Positions 9,688-20,439 of a stretch of DNA of 64,000 bases are shown here, in pieces. Under the pieces are notes generated by a model. It ran no database searches. It was not told where the DNA came from and saw nothing but the letters and a program-made list of their open reading frames with translations. The stretch lies in the IMG/VR virus record IMGVR_UViG_3300034816_000006, positions 1 through 64,000 of that record; one strand, 5' to 3'. The stretch's first letter is position 1, and each line of letters begins with the position of its first letter. This stretch comes from a virus. The translations under genes and the position numbers were made by a program.

Positions 9688-11106
9688 ATGTATCTCGAAA
9701 TTGCAATGGGCCTGTACATACTCGGGTCCTACGCCTACCACCGCTGGCTGGAAGACAAACCGGCACCGCCCAAGCCCGAGGACATCCGTCTGCCACGGAC
9801 CGATGATGGCGCTCCGCTGTCGCTGATCTACGGCAGATGCCGCGTGCGGTCACCGGCGATGGTGTTCGCTGGGAACTACCAGCCGCCCACCATTGACCTC
9901 GATAGGTATTCGATCGACCTGCTTTTTGCGGTTGGCATCCCGTTCTTTGGTGGCGTCGTGTCCTCTGATGCCCTCGGCGTTGCTGTATACGCCGGTGACG
10001 TTAAGATGGGAACGATCGTCACGCCCCCGGTCGGCGATTCCCAGGCAGGCACATTGGTCGCATCTACCGGAGCAACCTCGGGCGATATCAGCGTCGTCGG
10101 CGAGATGTACTTCGGATCGTCGACTCAAAACGTGGGCGCCATTGGAAGCGTCACGCGTAGCGTGATGATCGATGCCGGCATCGACGCCTCTCTGATCCCG
10201 GGCTACCGCAGCCTGGTCTGCGCTGCCTTTGTATCGTTCGCGACTGCCAGCCGTGGGCTTTCGTCCCCAGTGGCCGGGATTCCGTCGTTCTCGTTCGAGG
10301 TCAAGTCGCTGAGCACGGGGACCGCTGCGGATCTGGGCCACTCCCTCGCCGATGATGCCGACCCAGCCGCCGTGATCTACGACCTGCTGACGTCGCCATG
10401 GGGAAAGCTCGCACTATCCACGAGCAAGGTCGACCTACCGAGCTTCCAGACGGCGAGCGCGACGCTGTTCGCCGAGCAGCACGGGTACTCGAGAGCGATC
10501 GAACAACCCGATGACGCGAGCAACCTGATAGACGACGTGCTTCGCCAAATCGACGGCGTGCTTTACGAGGAGCCGACAACCGGGAAGCTCGTGCTCAAAC
10601 TCATCCGCAACGACTACAACGTCAACGTCCTGGATACGATCACACCGGACAACGCGAGGCCAGCAGAGGGCTCGTGGCTCAGCGTATCGGGTTGGTCGGA
10701 GACACTCAACCAGGTGAGAGTCGTCTGGACCAACCGGGGATCTGGATACAACCAGGGCGTCGCGATCGGGCAGAACAACGCCAACGTCACCGACCAGGGG
10801 AAGCTTCGCACGCTCGAGGTGACCTATGTCGGTTGCAACGATCAGGATCTCGCGCACCGGCTCGCATCCCGGGAGCTCGCGGTCGTGTCGAAGCCGATCG
10901 TTAAGGCATCGGTCGTGACCGACCGGACCTTCTACCAGAAGCGCCCCGGAGATGTCGTCAAGCTGACATGGCCGCAGCTTGGCATCTCTGGAATGGTCAT
11001 GCGGATCGCGCGCGTCGACTTGGGCCAGCTTCACAAGGGCGACATCCATCTCGATCTGATCCGAGACGTGTTCGATGTTTCGCTCGGAGCGTTCCCGTAT
11101 GCGTGA
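9688..11106 (+). CDS. Tail tip/host-specificity (TipJ/GTA-like) protein
   Basis: PLSLIYGRCRV, PAAVIYDLLT, KLVLKLIRNDY, PGDVVKLTW motifs. Confidence 0.85.
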   Translation: MYLEIAMGLYILGSYAYHRWLEDKPAPPKPEDIRLPRTDDGAPLSLIYGRCRVRSPAMVFAGNYQPPTIDLDRYSIDLLFAVGIPFFGGVVSSDALGVAVYAGDVKMGTIVTPPVGDSQAGTLVASTGATSGDISVVGEMYFGSSTQNVGAIGSVTRSVMIDAGIDASLIPGYRSLVCAAFVSFATASRGLSSPVAGIPSFSFEVKSLSTGTAADLGHSLADDADPAAVIYDLLTSPWGKLALSTSKVDLPSFQTASATLFAEQHGYSRAIEQPDDASNLIDDVLRQIDGVLYEEPTTGKLVLKLIRNDYNVNVLDTITPDNARPAEGSWLSVSGWSETLNQVRVVWTNRGSGYNQGVAIGQNNANVTDQGKLRTLEVTYVGCNDQDLAHRLASRELAVVSKPIVKASVVTDRTFYQKRPGDVVKLTWPQLGISGMVMRIARVDLGQLHKGDIHLDLIRDVFDVSLGAFPYA

Positions 11107-11475
11107 TCAGCGGGACGCAATCGGATGCTCTAGGGCGTCTGCCTGACCGCATGCTCGTGCGCGCTTGAAGCCGACGTCCGCGCTGGCCAGGTAGATCATC
11201 GACGCAAACGCCGCGCTGCCAGTCGCGAACGTCAACGCGTCGCTGCTGCGTGGATGGTCGAACGTCCCGTTGTTGACGGCGCTCAGTGTGGCAGCGGTGG
11301 TCAACAGCCCGCTCAAGATGCCCATGTCGGTCCACGGCAGCACACGAGAAGCTGAACAATGCGTCGACTCCTTGGCGCTGCGAATCGTTCCGTCGGGCAG
11401 GTGGCCCTGTAGCGCCAACGAGCACCCGCTCATCATAACCACAGCAGCACACATCACCGTCAGCATCAGCTTCAT
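11107..11475 (-). CDS. Antisense lipoprotein/membrane protein (moron-like)
   Basis: MKLMLTVMCAAVVMMSGC lipobox, two hydrophobic segments, own -10 TACGAT 6 nt before ATG. Confidence 0.7.
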   Translation of the reverse strand: MKLMLTVMCAAVVMMSGCSLALQGHLPDGTIRSAKESTHCSASRVLPWTDMGILSGLLTTAATLSAVNNGTFDHPRSSDALTFATGSAAFASMIYLASADVGFKRARACGQADALEHPIASR

Positions 11476-11563
11476 GGCCGAATCGTAGTCATGCACCGGG
11501 CGCCGCGAAAGCCCGGCGGTCTCGAAATCGCCCCGTCTCACGCAGCTGGACGACGCTGGGCAT

Positions 11564-13045
11564 GTGAACAGGCTGCTTCTCGTCCTGGCAACGGCCGTAA
11601 GTTGCGTCACACCAACGGCTTCCACGATTCGCCAGTCGGTAGGCGGCGAGGTGAGCATCACCGACTTCGGCGCCATCCCGGACGACGGCATCGATGACCG
11701 GGCCGCGATCCAGGCCGCGCTGACCGCCACGGTTGGCGGCATCGTGCACGTCCCGGCCGGCCGGTTCACGGTCGGGCGTGCTGGCAATGGGTTCTTGTGC
11801 CTGAGCATCCCGGCCGGGACGACGCTGGTCGGCGACGATCGGAACGCTTCAGCGATCGAGATGGCGCCCGGTACCGCGGCAAGCGTCCGACTCCTGCAGC
11901 CCGGGCCAGGCGGCAGCAACCCACCCGCCGCGGCCGACGTCGTCATTCGCAATCTGACGCTCGACGGCAACAAGGCTGCACAGACGGCTGACGAGCACCG
12001 GGCCGGGGTATTCGCGAGCAACGCACCGGGCCTGCATATCGAGCATGTGACGGCGCGGAACTTCACCGGCGATGGGTTCTACCTCTACAACCACACCGAC
12101 AGCGCGACGGTGCTCGACGTACTCGCGACCGGCAACGATCGCGATGGCATCGTGTTCGGCGGAGGCACGAGCGGCGGAACGGTCAGCGGCTCAACGTTCA
12201 GTGGCAACCGTGTCCAGCAGTTCGATACCGAGGGCGGCAAGGTCGACAACCTGACCGTCACCGGCAACACGATCGACGGTTCGGGCAGCAACGACTATGC
12301 GATGACCGCGACCGGCGGCAGCGCTACGAATCGATCGAGCGGCTGGACCATCAGCAACAACACGATCAACGGCGGCCTCGAGCTGCTTTGGATCGAGAAC
12401 ACGCTGGTCACGCTCAACCACGGTGTCAACGCGACGACAAAGCCAGCCGTCACGTTGTGGCGAACGACGAATAACATCACGCTGACCGGCAACAGCTTCA
12501 CGAACACGAACACGGTCCAGGCCAACAACGCGGTCGTCTACATCGCCGGTACCGGCACCGGATCAGCGACGACTGGTTTCGTCGCGCAAGGCAACGCCTG
12601 GACCGCCAACGGTCACCCTTCGATGTTCGGGTACCGGATTAGCGGTGCCGTTAGCATCGAGATCCGCGACGACGTGATCCAGGGCGGCGGAGTCGCGTAC
12701 CCAGGAGCGGCAGGCATCTGGCTATCAGCTACGAACGGCATCGAGGATTTCCAGCTTGCCAGGATCTGGCACAACACGATCCGCAACTTCGGCGCGTTGG
12801 GCATCACCGTGTCGGGCAATAGTACGGCGCGACTCGACGTGCTCGACATCGCCTATAACACGTTCGACGACGGCTCGATGGTTCCGACAATGCGGACCGC
12901 GATGAACGTCGACACGGACCGAGTTCACGCGGCAAAGGACATCCGCATCGTCGGCAATGCGATCAGCGGCGGCTGCACAACGCTGCTCGCATCGACACCA
13001 GTGGGCACGTGGTCGGCATGGGGAGATCGCTGGATGCTACCGTGA
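11564..13045 (+). CDS. Right-handed beta-helix (pectate lyase-like) depolymerase with lipoprotein-type signal
   Basis: SITDFGAIPDDGIDDRAAIQAAL...VHVPAGRF, IRNLTLDGN, PbH1-like repeats; N-terminus MNRLLLVLATAVSC. Confidence 0.85.
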   Translation: MNRLLLVLATAVSCVTPTASTIRQSVGGEVSITDFGAIPDDGIDDRAAIQAALTATVGGIVHVPAGRFTVGRAGNGFLCLSIPAGTTLVGDDRNASAIEMAPGTAASVRLLQPGPGGSNPPAAADVVIRNLTLDGNKAAQTADEHRAGVFASNAPGLHIEHVTARNFTGDGFYLYNHTDSATVLDVLATGNDRDGIVFGGGTSGGTVSGSTFSGNRVQQFDTEGGKVDNLTVTGNTIDGSGSNDYAMTATGGSATNRSSGWTISNNTINGGLELLWIENTLVTLNHGVNATTKPAVTLWRTTNNITLTGNSFTNTNTVQANNAVVYIAGTGTGSATTGFVAQGNAWTANGHPSMFGYRISGAVSIEIRDDVIQGGGVAYPGAAGIWLSATNGIEDFQLARIWHNTIRNFGALGITVSGNSTARLDVLDIAYNTFDDGSMVPTMRTAMNVDTDRVHAAKDIRIVGNAISGGCTTLLASTPVGTWSAWGDRWMLP

Positions 13046-13199
13046 ACATCGAGTTCTTCGAGCGTTGCGAGGCCGTCGCGCGCAAGCAGGGTCGCAATCA
13101 CCGCGAGGACCACAAGGATCGCGAGCGGGATGGTCGGCCACCATGGGATCGGTCGTCGCGGCAGGGTTCGGCGAAGCACGGCGGCGGATCTAGCACCGT

Positions 13200-13898
13200 A
13201 TGTCGCAATGCGGGATGCCGCGGAACAGGGCACCAGTGAGCAGCAGCGACGATGATGATGACTTCGATCGCCGGCCCACGCCGGACGAGTTCCCGGCGCC
13301 GCGCGTCAGCACGACGGACCGGATCCGGCACAAGAAAACACACCCGCGCGGGACGCCGATCGTCATGAGCGACACGGACCGCGCGCTGGCCGGCCGCGAT
13401 CGGCGCACGCCGGTGACCTATGTCAGCGAGGAGCCGACACTGCCGCGCGCCATGTTCAACTTCGACCACGAGGACTACGCGGCGCGCGTCGCCGAGTTGG
13501 CGGCGCAGCTTCGCCGAGCCGGCCTCGATCCGTTCGTGATCGGAGCTGCGCTCTCCATCAAGGTGCACGACGCCAGGGAGCGACAGGAGACCGGCAAGAA
13601 GGAACTCGAGGAACAACTCGAGGCATTCCTCAGAGTCCAGCCCGGCGGCGAAAAGTTCGACGACCTCGCAAAGATCGTCAGCACGCTCCAGCAGCAACAG
13701 CTCGAGCTCGCCCCGGTGCGTCGTGGCCTGCGCTGGCTCCAGGCCTCGGTTGTGCTCGTCGTCGTCGGTATCGGCGGCTGGCTCTACACCCGCGGCGGCG
13801 ACGAACGCGAGGTCAAGCTCAAGATCCAGATGCTGGAAAAAGACAACGAGCGACTCGGCCGACTGGTCGAGCGGCTGGAGAACAAGGGAACGCCATGA
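13200..13898 (+). CDS. Membrane-anchored coiled-coil protein upstream of lysis cassette
   Basis: C-terminal TM (VVLVVVGIGGWLY) flanked by coiled-coil-like segments. Confidence 0.6.
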   Translation: MSQCGMPRNRAPVSSSDDDDDFDRRPTPDEFPAPRVSTTDRIRHKKTHPRGTPIVMSDTDRALAGRDRRTPVTYVSEEPTLPRAMFNFDHEDYAARVAELAAQLRRAGLDPFVIGAALSIKVHDARERQETGKKELEEQLEAFLRVQPGGEKFDDLAKIVSTLQQQQLELAPVRRGLRWLQASVVLVVVGIGGWLYTRGGDEREVKLKIQMLEKDNERLGRLVERLENKGTP

Positions 13899-14023
13899 AG
13901 AAGCGACTACTGAAGATCGCCATCCTGATCGCGATGCCACTGGGCGCCGCGCTGTTTTGCGAAGCCTGCACCCGCCTGGGCGAGCTGCGCCACAACTCGA
14001 TCGAAAGGACCGTGACCCGATGA
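13895..14023 (+). CDS. Small membrane peptide (lysis accessory candidate)
   Basis: MKKRLLKIAILIAMPLGAALFCEAC...; ATGA overlaps at both ends; absent from ORF track. Confidence 0.55.
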   Translation: MKKRLLKIAILIAMPLGAALFCEACTRLGELRHNSIERTVTR

Positions 14024-14256
14024 AAGCTGTGCTGTACGAGATGCTTACGAGCAAGAAGTTCCTGACCGCGGTGGGCGCCGGAATTGTGTGGGTCGCCGGT
14101 CGCTGGGGGTTCGCTATCGACCCGTCGACCCTGGACCACATCTTCGCCGCGCTGCTGGTCTATGTCGGAGCGCAGGGGGTGGCCGACAACGGCAAGAGTG
14201 CAGCGCTGCTGAACGCGAAGGCTGCCAACGACAACGCGACCAAGGCGGCCGCATGA
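14020..14256 (+). CDS. Putative holin
   Basis: LTSKKFLTAVG...YVGAQGVAD with two TM helices, upstream of endolysin. Confidence 0.75.
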   Translation: MKAVLYEMLTSKKFLTAVGAGIVWVAGRWGFAIDPSTLDHIFAALLVYVGAQGVADNGKSAALLNAKAANDNATKAAA

Positions 14257-14651
14257 CCCGCCCGCTCCTCATGGCCTGCCTCGTCGCTCTGGCCGCGACC
14301 TACGGCTGCGCCACCTCGCAGCGCGAGACCACGATCAAGGCGACCTTCCTCGGCCTCGATGCGGCACGCGATAGTTTTTTGGCCTACGACCGCTCGCACG
14401 AGATGTCGCTGACCGCGCACTGCGACCCGGCCGTGGAGTCGCGTGATGCCTGCGTGGCCAAGGTGACCACCTCGACCGCGAAGCTGGCCGAGTATCAGGC
14501 CTCGCGCGCCAAGATCGATCAGCTGTTCACCGCGGCATTCCGGTCGCTGACCGCTGCGCAGATCCTCGATACTGACCAGAGCATCGCGAGCGCGATCGCC
14601 GCCGCGTCGCAACTGTTCGCGGCCGTCAAGCCGTTCCTTGGAGGCAAGTGA
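14253..14651 (+). CDS. Lipoprotein, spanin-like candidate
   Basis: MTRPLLMACLVALAATYGC lipobox in lysis cassette. Confidence 0.6.
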   Translation: MTRPLLMACLVALAATYGCATSQRETTIKATFLGLDAARDSFLAYDRSHEMSLTAHCDPAVESRDACVAKVTTSTAKLAEYQASRAKIDQLFTAAFRSLTAAQILDTDQSIASAIAAASQLFAAVKPFLGGK

Positions 14652-14941
14652 TGAGCGCCCTGAAAACGATCCGAACCGACATCGCGAAGTATGCCGACCC
14701 GGTGATGCGCGTGCTCGAACTCGTGCAGTCGCTGACCGGCGTTGGCGGCCCGAAGACTGCCGCTGCGCTCGAGGTGGTCGCCGCGGCGATGAAGACGCTG
14801 GAGCAGGGCGTCGTCGACAAGCTGACACCCGCGATGATCCTCGCCAACCTCGACGCGCTGACCGCGGGCGAGGCAGCGGACGATGCGGCTGCGGCGGCGG
14901 CGAATGCGGCGGAGCTGGCGAAGTATCCAGGGGGTGCGTGA
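14648..14941 (+). CDS. Helical lysis-cassette protein
   Basis: Translationally coupled Ala-rich ORF. Confidence 0.55.
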   Translation: MMSALKTIRTDIAKYADPVMRVLELVQSLTGVGGPKTAAALEVVAAAMKTLEQGVVDKLTPAMILANLDALTAGEAADDAAAAAANAAELAKYPGGA

Positions 14942-15250
14942 TGGACGGGACGACGAATCCGGGTCCGGGCGTGTTCGATGTCAGCTTCGTCACTGGCGGC
15001 GTCTCGGCCACCGTGTGCAACTGCTGCAAGCCGTGGGCGACGTTCGGTCCACCGATGACGATCGCATGCGCGCCGATGCCGACGTTTCAGACGATTACCA
15101 CGATGCTCGGTGCCGCGCCGCCGGAGGCCAGGATCTCCGACGCCGATGTTGACCGCATCGCGCGCCGCCTCGCCGAGATCTTGAGCGAGAGCAAGCCGTG
15201 ATCTGCACCTGCAGACCTAACGATCTCTGCGCGGCATGCAGGGCGCGGCT

Positions 15251-15970
15251 GTGAGCGACGATCGCCCAGCCCAAGGCCCGCGTTGGGTCGAAGGCTGGTG
15301 GTCGCTCGCACACCGCCGCCCCGCGCACCCCGGTCGCGTCGGCGGTCCCATCAAGCCGTTCGGCGCCGTTATCCACACCACCGACATGCTACCCGACGAA
15401 TGGGACGCGCTCGTGGCCAGCTGGACCGGCAAGGTAGCTGACGGGGCCTGCGCCAACTTCCTGATCGGTCGCACACCGGAGCATGGTGTCCTGCAACTGA
15501 TCCCGATCACGCGAAACGGGAACCACGCAGGTGGCCCCTGGCATGGCGTGTACCGCGCGCCGGGGCTGCCGGACATGCACCCGAACTCGGTCGCGGTTGG
15601 CATCGAGGTGCACTGCGCCGGCGGGGTGCGGCTGATCAACGGCCAGTGGCGACTCGTCGAGGACGGAATACCGCGCGGTGCGGCGCTGCCACCAGAGGAC
15701 GTCACGCTCGATCCGCAGCGCCCGGGGCGCGGCTGGCACCATGCGACCGACTACCAGCGCGAGCGACTCGGCGCGCTGCTGGATGACCTCGAGCCGTGCC
15801 TGGCACCGGTCCCGCCCGGTACGGTCAAGGTCGCGTTCGGCGAGACGCCACCAGCGTACGCGGTGATTCCGGGCGCGCGGTGGGCCACACATGCCGAACT
15901 GGATCCTCGGCGGAGAGCCGATCCTTGGCCGGAGTTGAGCGGGTGGCTGCGGGCCCGGGCGACGCGGTAG
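15251..15970 (+). CDS. N-acetylmuramoyl-L-alanine amidase endolysin (Amidase_2-like)
   Basis: AVIHTT, ANFLIG, NHAGG, NSVAVGIE, THAELDPRRRADP motifs. Confidence 0.85.
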   Translation: MSDDRPAQGPRWVEGWWSLAHRRPAHPGRVGGPIKPFGAVIHTTDMLPDEWDALVASWTGKVADGACANFLIGRTPEHGVLQLIPITRNGNHAGGPWHGVYRAPGLPDMHPNSVAVGIEVHCAGGVRLINGQWRLVEDGIPRGAALPPEDVTLDPQRPGRGWHHATDYQRERLGALLDDLEPCLAPVPPGTVKVAFGETPPAYAVIPGARWATHAELDPRRRADPWPELSGWLRARATR

Positions 15971-15979
15971 ACGTCACAG

Positions 15980-16204
15980 TTAATCGCCGTACTCCGGGAA
16001 CACCCGCCGCGCCTCGGCCTCCGCCAGATCGCGCAGCCACGCCGAGACCGGGTACGTGCTGGCCCTAAACGCGCATCCTTCCCACGCCGTCAGCTGGCGC
16101 TCGGTCACCCGGACGTGGACGATGCGATTGCGCGTCGGCAGCCCAGTCGGCTTGCGACCTGCACCCTTGCGCTTGCCCCCGACCTTGGAGCGGCGGCGGG
16201 TCAC
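15980..16204 (-). CDS. Ribbon-helix-helix-like regulator with GGKRKGAGRKP arm
   Basis: GGxRxGAGRKP then VHVRVT...VSAWLRDLA. Confidence 0.7.
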   Translation of the reverse strand: MTRRRSKVGGKRKGAGRKPTGLPTRNRIVHVRVTERQLTAWEGCAFRASTYPVSAWLRDLAEAEARRVFPEYGD

Positions 16205-16449
16205 GATGCCTCGCAGAACGCCGACCACCAGTCCGAGCCGATCTCCTGTGCGAGGTCCTGGTTCGGCTCGCCGTCGACGAACATACGGGTCGAGCCCTGG
16301 GCCGTCGATATCTCGACGTGTGCGTTCGGATGCTGGCGGTGCAACTCGGCGAGGACGTAGTTCTCGAACAGGTCGTCGGCATTCGGGAAATCGTCGCCTT
16401 CGTAGGCGGAGAGCGTCACGTGGATTTTGCGGGGAGAGTTCGTCGTCAT
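16201..16449 (-). CDS. Small acidic hypothetical protein (leaderless)
   Basis: ATG 6 nt after -10 box; coupled to RHH gene. Confidence 0.65.
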   Translation of the reverse strand: MTTNSPRKIHVTLSAYEGDDFPNADDLFENYVLAELHRQHPNAHVEISTAQGSTRMFVDGEPNQDLAQEIGSDWWSAFCEAS

Positions 16450-16483
16450 GTGATTACTGTATACGATAATCACAGGAACGCAA
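16449..16483 (-). promoter_or_regulatory. Sigma70-like promoter with overlapping inverted-repeat operator
   Basis: TTGCGT-16-TACAGT-6-ATG; TGTGATTA-N10-TAATCACA at 16449-16474. Confidence 0.7.
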
Positions 16484-16514
16484 GCCCGTCTATTCGGAGA
16501 CGGGACTTACGGTG

Positions 16515-16817
16515 CTAACTATCTAGTACCCGCTCGCTCTCCCCGATCATCTCCAGGCCAGCCCAGCGGGTCTCACCCTCGGTGACCAGGATCCTTGCGC
16601 CCATGACATGCACGCTCGTCACCGCCTCGATCGCAGCGTCCAGTAGGTCCTCTGCCCGCGTCGGCTCGGCCATCCAGTAGCTGCCTCTGGGCAAGGCGTA
16701 GAGCTGCTCCACGCGCTCGTCCCTGCGCGGGATGTGGCGCATGAAGCCCCGCGCTGACATCGCCTCGTCGAGGTCCGTGTAGTCGTCGACCGGCAGCACC
16801 ACCCGCACGAGGCCCAT
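16515..16817 (-). CDS. GhoS/DUF2622-like (Cas2-fold) endoribonuclease candidate
   Basis: VRVVL...DYTDLDEAMSARGFMRHI...YALPRGSY resembles GhoS/DUF2622 pattern. Confidence 0.55.
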   Translation of the reverse strand: MGLVRVVLPVDDYTDLDEAMSARGFMRHIPRRDERVEQLYALPRGSYWMAEPTRAEDLLDAAIEAVTSVHVMGARILVTEGETRWAGLEMIGESERVLDS

Positions 16818-19800
16818 GCGGCGAGGGTTGTCCGGATGGGGCGCTGGTGGTGTAGCGTTGCGGCGGTGGAATTGCTGACAGGTGTTGACAGGGCAGGAGT
16901 TGCCGGGGCTAGGTGCGGACCGCCGACCACCAGCGCGCAATCCTGGCCCACACGGTGGGGCGCTCGATGGTGGCGACCGGCAGCGGCGCGGTCAGCGGGT
17001 CACCGTTGCAGTCGACCTCGACACCGACCAGCTTGCCGTCGATGTGCACGACATCGCCGCGCTGGTTGACGCTATGCCGACCGCGGTAGATCACGTCGCC
17101 GAACTGGACCATGACCCTGCGATCGTCGTCGCTCATCGCCTCACCTTCCCCGCCGGCGCCAGCATCGCGGCCTTGAGCGCGTCGATGCGAGACTGCGAGA
17201 AGCCGTCGGGGCGGGGCGTGCCGTACTCGGCGCGCAGTCGGTCGTATGTGGCCTGACCTTCGGCGCTGAGCCCGCGCACTGGCTCCGTGGCCGCCCGCTG
17301 ATCGGCCTTGAAACGCTCAACCTCGCGCACGGCCAAGCGGATGGCGAGGCTCTCAGGCTTGACGTCGCAGTGGGCGATGGGCGGGATGCGGCGGAGGATC
17401 GCTCCGAATAGACCGAAGATAATGCCACGACCAACACGAGTTCCAAGGCCGCACCGAGCGACGTTGATCTCCGCGTGGATTTCATCGAGAGATACCAGCC
17501 TGCCCTCGACCCAGTTCTCTGGTTTGTCATGCGGCCCGACACCATACTCCCACCGGACCAGATCGCCCGGAACGAAGCATCTCGCCTCATGCTCTCGCGC
17601 CGCCGCGTCCAGATCCTCGCCCTCGAACGGGACGTTGCAGCGGGCGCAGGTGGTGCGGGTGACTGCGTCATCTTCGTCGTCGCCGTTCAGGTCAAGTCGA
17701 TACTCGTCGCTCATTCTGTCTCCTTGCCGGATTGTACACCGTCGGCGAGGGCACGGAGACGGTAGAGCGGAACCTCGTGCTCCTCCACGTCTACCAATTC
17801 CTCGATCAGGTCGCACGCCTCGCGCAATCCGCTCTCGAGCGCGGAGATGCGATTTTCCATCATGTCGTAATCATGCACAGCCTCGGCAGCACCGGAGCGC
17901 GCGAGGTTCGCTGCAGATCGCAGCCGCTCCAAGTCCAGGTCCTGCTGCTCGAGCACGAGCTGCGTCTCGGCGAGATCACGCTCGTTGTTCGCGAGGCGGT
18001 CGACGACGGACTGAAGGCGCGAGACTTCGTTCAGCAGGTCGGCCATCGCTTGCTTGTGGTAGCCGATGGCGGCGTCGCGCAGCTTCGCAATATCGGCCAG
18101 GCGCGCGGGCGAGAGCGGAGCTGCGGTCATGGCTTGGGCTCCAGAATCATGTCGATGCGATCGATGTGGGCGAGATGGTTCCAGTCTTCGTTGAGGCGAT
18201 CGTCGAGCTCTCCTCGCCACTTGGTGAGCCCTGACGGCAGCCGCTCGTTCTCCGCCAGCGCCGCCTCGAGCTGGTCGGCGAGGTCCAGATTGTTCTTGCG
18301 GCACCGGATGGTCGCCAGTGCTATGTCGCGACGTGACTGTTTGTCGTCAGCGAGGCATACGTCATGCGGACCGGCAAAGTGCGCCTCGATGCGCGCGATC
18401 GTGGCCGCATCCTCCCTCGCCTTGCTCACCAACCTGGCGCAGAGCGCGGGGTCGAGGGTGGTCATGGGGCCACCTTGGTGAGCGCGCGGTCCAGTGCCTC
18501 GCCGCGTCCGGTCTCGATCTCGTCGCGCGTCATTCCGGCTCGATATCGCAGCGCAGCAGCCGCGATCTCCAGGAGCACGGGCGCGGCGTTGCGGAGGGCG
18601 ACAACGCTGGAGATGTTGTCTAGCCAGCCAACATCTGGCAGTGCTTGCTCGATGCGCTGCAGCTCCGCGATGCTGGGGCGGGTCATGGTTTGGCCGTCCC
18701 CGCCACGATCTCGTCTGCGAGCTCCTTGGTCGTGTCGTAGCCGTCTACCTTGTACTTCAGGTAGTCCAGCGCGGCACGAAGACGCTCCACCTCGTCATCG
18801 GCGTCGCACCTCGTGTCGAAGTGGTCCGAGATGACGTGCAGCAAGCGCTGGAGGCAGTCGCTGGCCTTGTCAAGGCGGAACGTGATGCTCGGCGGGTTGC
18901 CGCCATACGAACACGACGCGAATGGGACCTCGAACGTGAACGAGGCCAGCCCGCTCGACTTGAAATCGCCGGTGCCATCGCCGTCCCTGAGCCGGCGGTA
19001 TAGCGCGGCGTTGCGTTGGCGCTGCTTGATGGTCGCGTCGCCGCCGATCGCGATGGCCGGGGCGTAGTGCATGTTGTCGGTCTCGTCGCTCATCTCGGTC
19101 CTTTCGTTCGTGCGGTCAGTCGCATCGCGGCTTGCTATCGGTGTACATGTGGCCTCCGATCCCGCAGTCGACCAACGGCCTGCCGGGCGAAGGGTTTGGA
19201 CACTGGCGCCATGTCCGGAACGTCCGGACGAATACCGGATCGTCAGCCGGCGGCATGTCGTACGGGTCGCCGCAGTTGGCGCAATACGCGTCGACTATGG
19301 CGCCGCGATCCTCGTCGCCCGGGTCATGGTTGAGTCGGTCCTTCACGGCACAACCCTCAGCGGATTCTCACACGTCCCATCACCCGCGATCCGCACCTGT
19401 TCCGCGCGGTCCATGGCGATCTGAACCTCGAGCGCGAGCGGGCATACTCGGCGCTCGCGTAGCTGCTGCAGGCGCGACTCGGCGGCGGTGTCCTGCGCCT
19501 GGATCAGGTAGCCCGCGTAGAGCAGCGCCGGGGACAGGAAGATCGCGAGGTACAGCGCCATCGCGACGATGTCGACGAGGCGAGACGGTGGGCTCGGTGC
19601 CTCTGGCGGCGGGGTGATGACGGAACGGTGGAGGGTCATGGGCGCCTCGTGGTCATGAGAAGTTCGGCGGTTTCTGACGGAGATAGCGTGCCCATCATCG
19701 AGTGCGGACACATCGCCTCGCGGCAGCTACATACCGGCGGATGCTTCGCCTGGGCACGCGCGATCCGATGCAGATCGCGCGCGAGGTCGGGATCTCCGGC

Positions 19801-20439
19801 CGATCGGCTGCAATGGCCTTCGGCTTGCTGTACTTCGCCAAGATGCGTTCCTCAGCCTCTCGAAGTTCGGCGAGGCATGCGACGAGATCGCGGGCCTCCT
19901 CGGGCTTGTCACACAGGACCGCGACGCCTCGTATCATAATGGTGAACGCCATCTCATCGGTCTCCTTGCTGGTGAATACGAGGGGAAGGCGGACGCCGAC
20001 AACCCTCGCAACTTTCGTGATCGTTTCGCTTCTGGTGTGGGGTGCGCGATGTCGCGCATCGCGGATCAAGACTTCCTTCGCTTGAGGATCCCGCGTTGCT
20101 CGCGGAGTTCATCGGCGGCCTCGGCGTACCGCTTGGCCTGCTCCTCGATCGCGCGCGTGTGCTCGCGCAGGCACCACGCCTCGTTGTCCTTCCCATCGGC
20201 GAACAGCTTGCCGACGGCCGCCTTGAGGGAGAGGACGGCCGCGCCGGCGCCGTCATGCCGGCCGATCGCCGAGGCCAGCGCGTGCGTCTCGCCTAGACAC
20301 GTTTCGCAGTGCAGGTAGAAGCCGTGCCGGCATTTCTCGGGCGGGCCTCCTTCGCCGACCTCGGCTACGATCTCGTCGAAGAAGCTAGGGGCGGGATGCT
20401 TCGCCTTGGTCACGAAGGCACCGCTCCACGCGAGGTGCC

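Noticed and set aside
19960-20060. c-di-GMP-I riboswitch-like GCGAAAC...GAAAG on the minus strand
   Set aside because: Rest of the consensus and pairing not found
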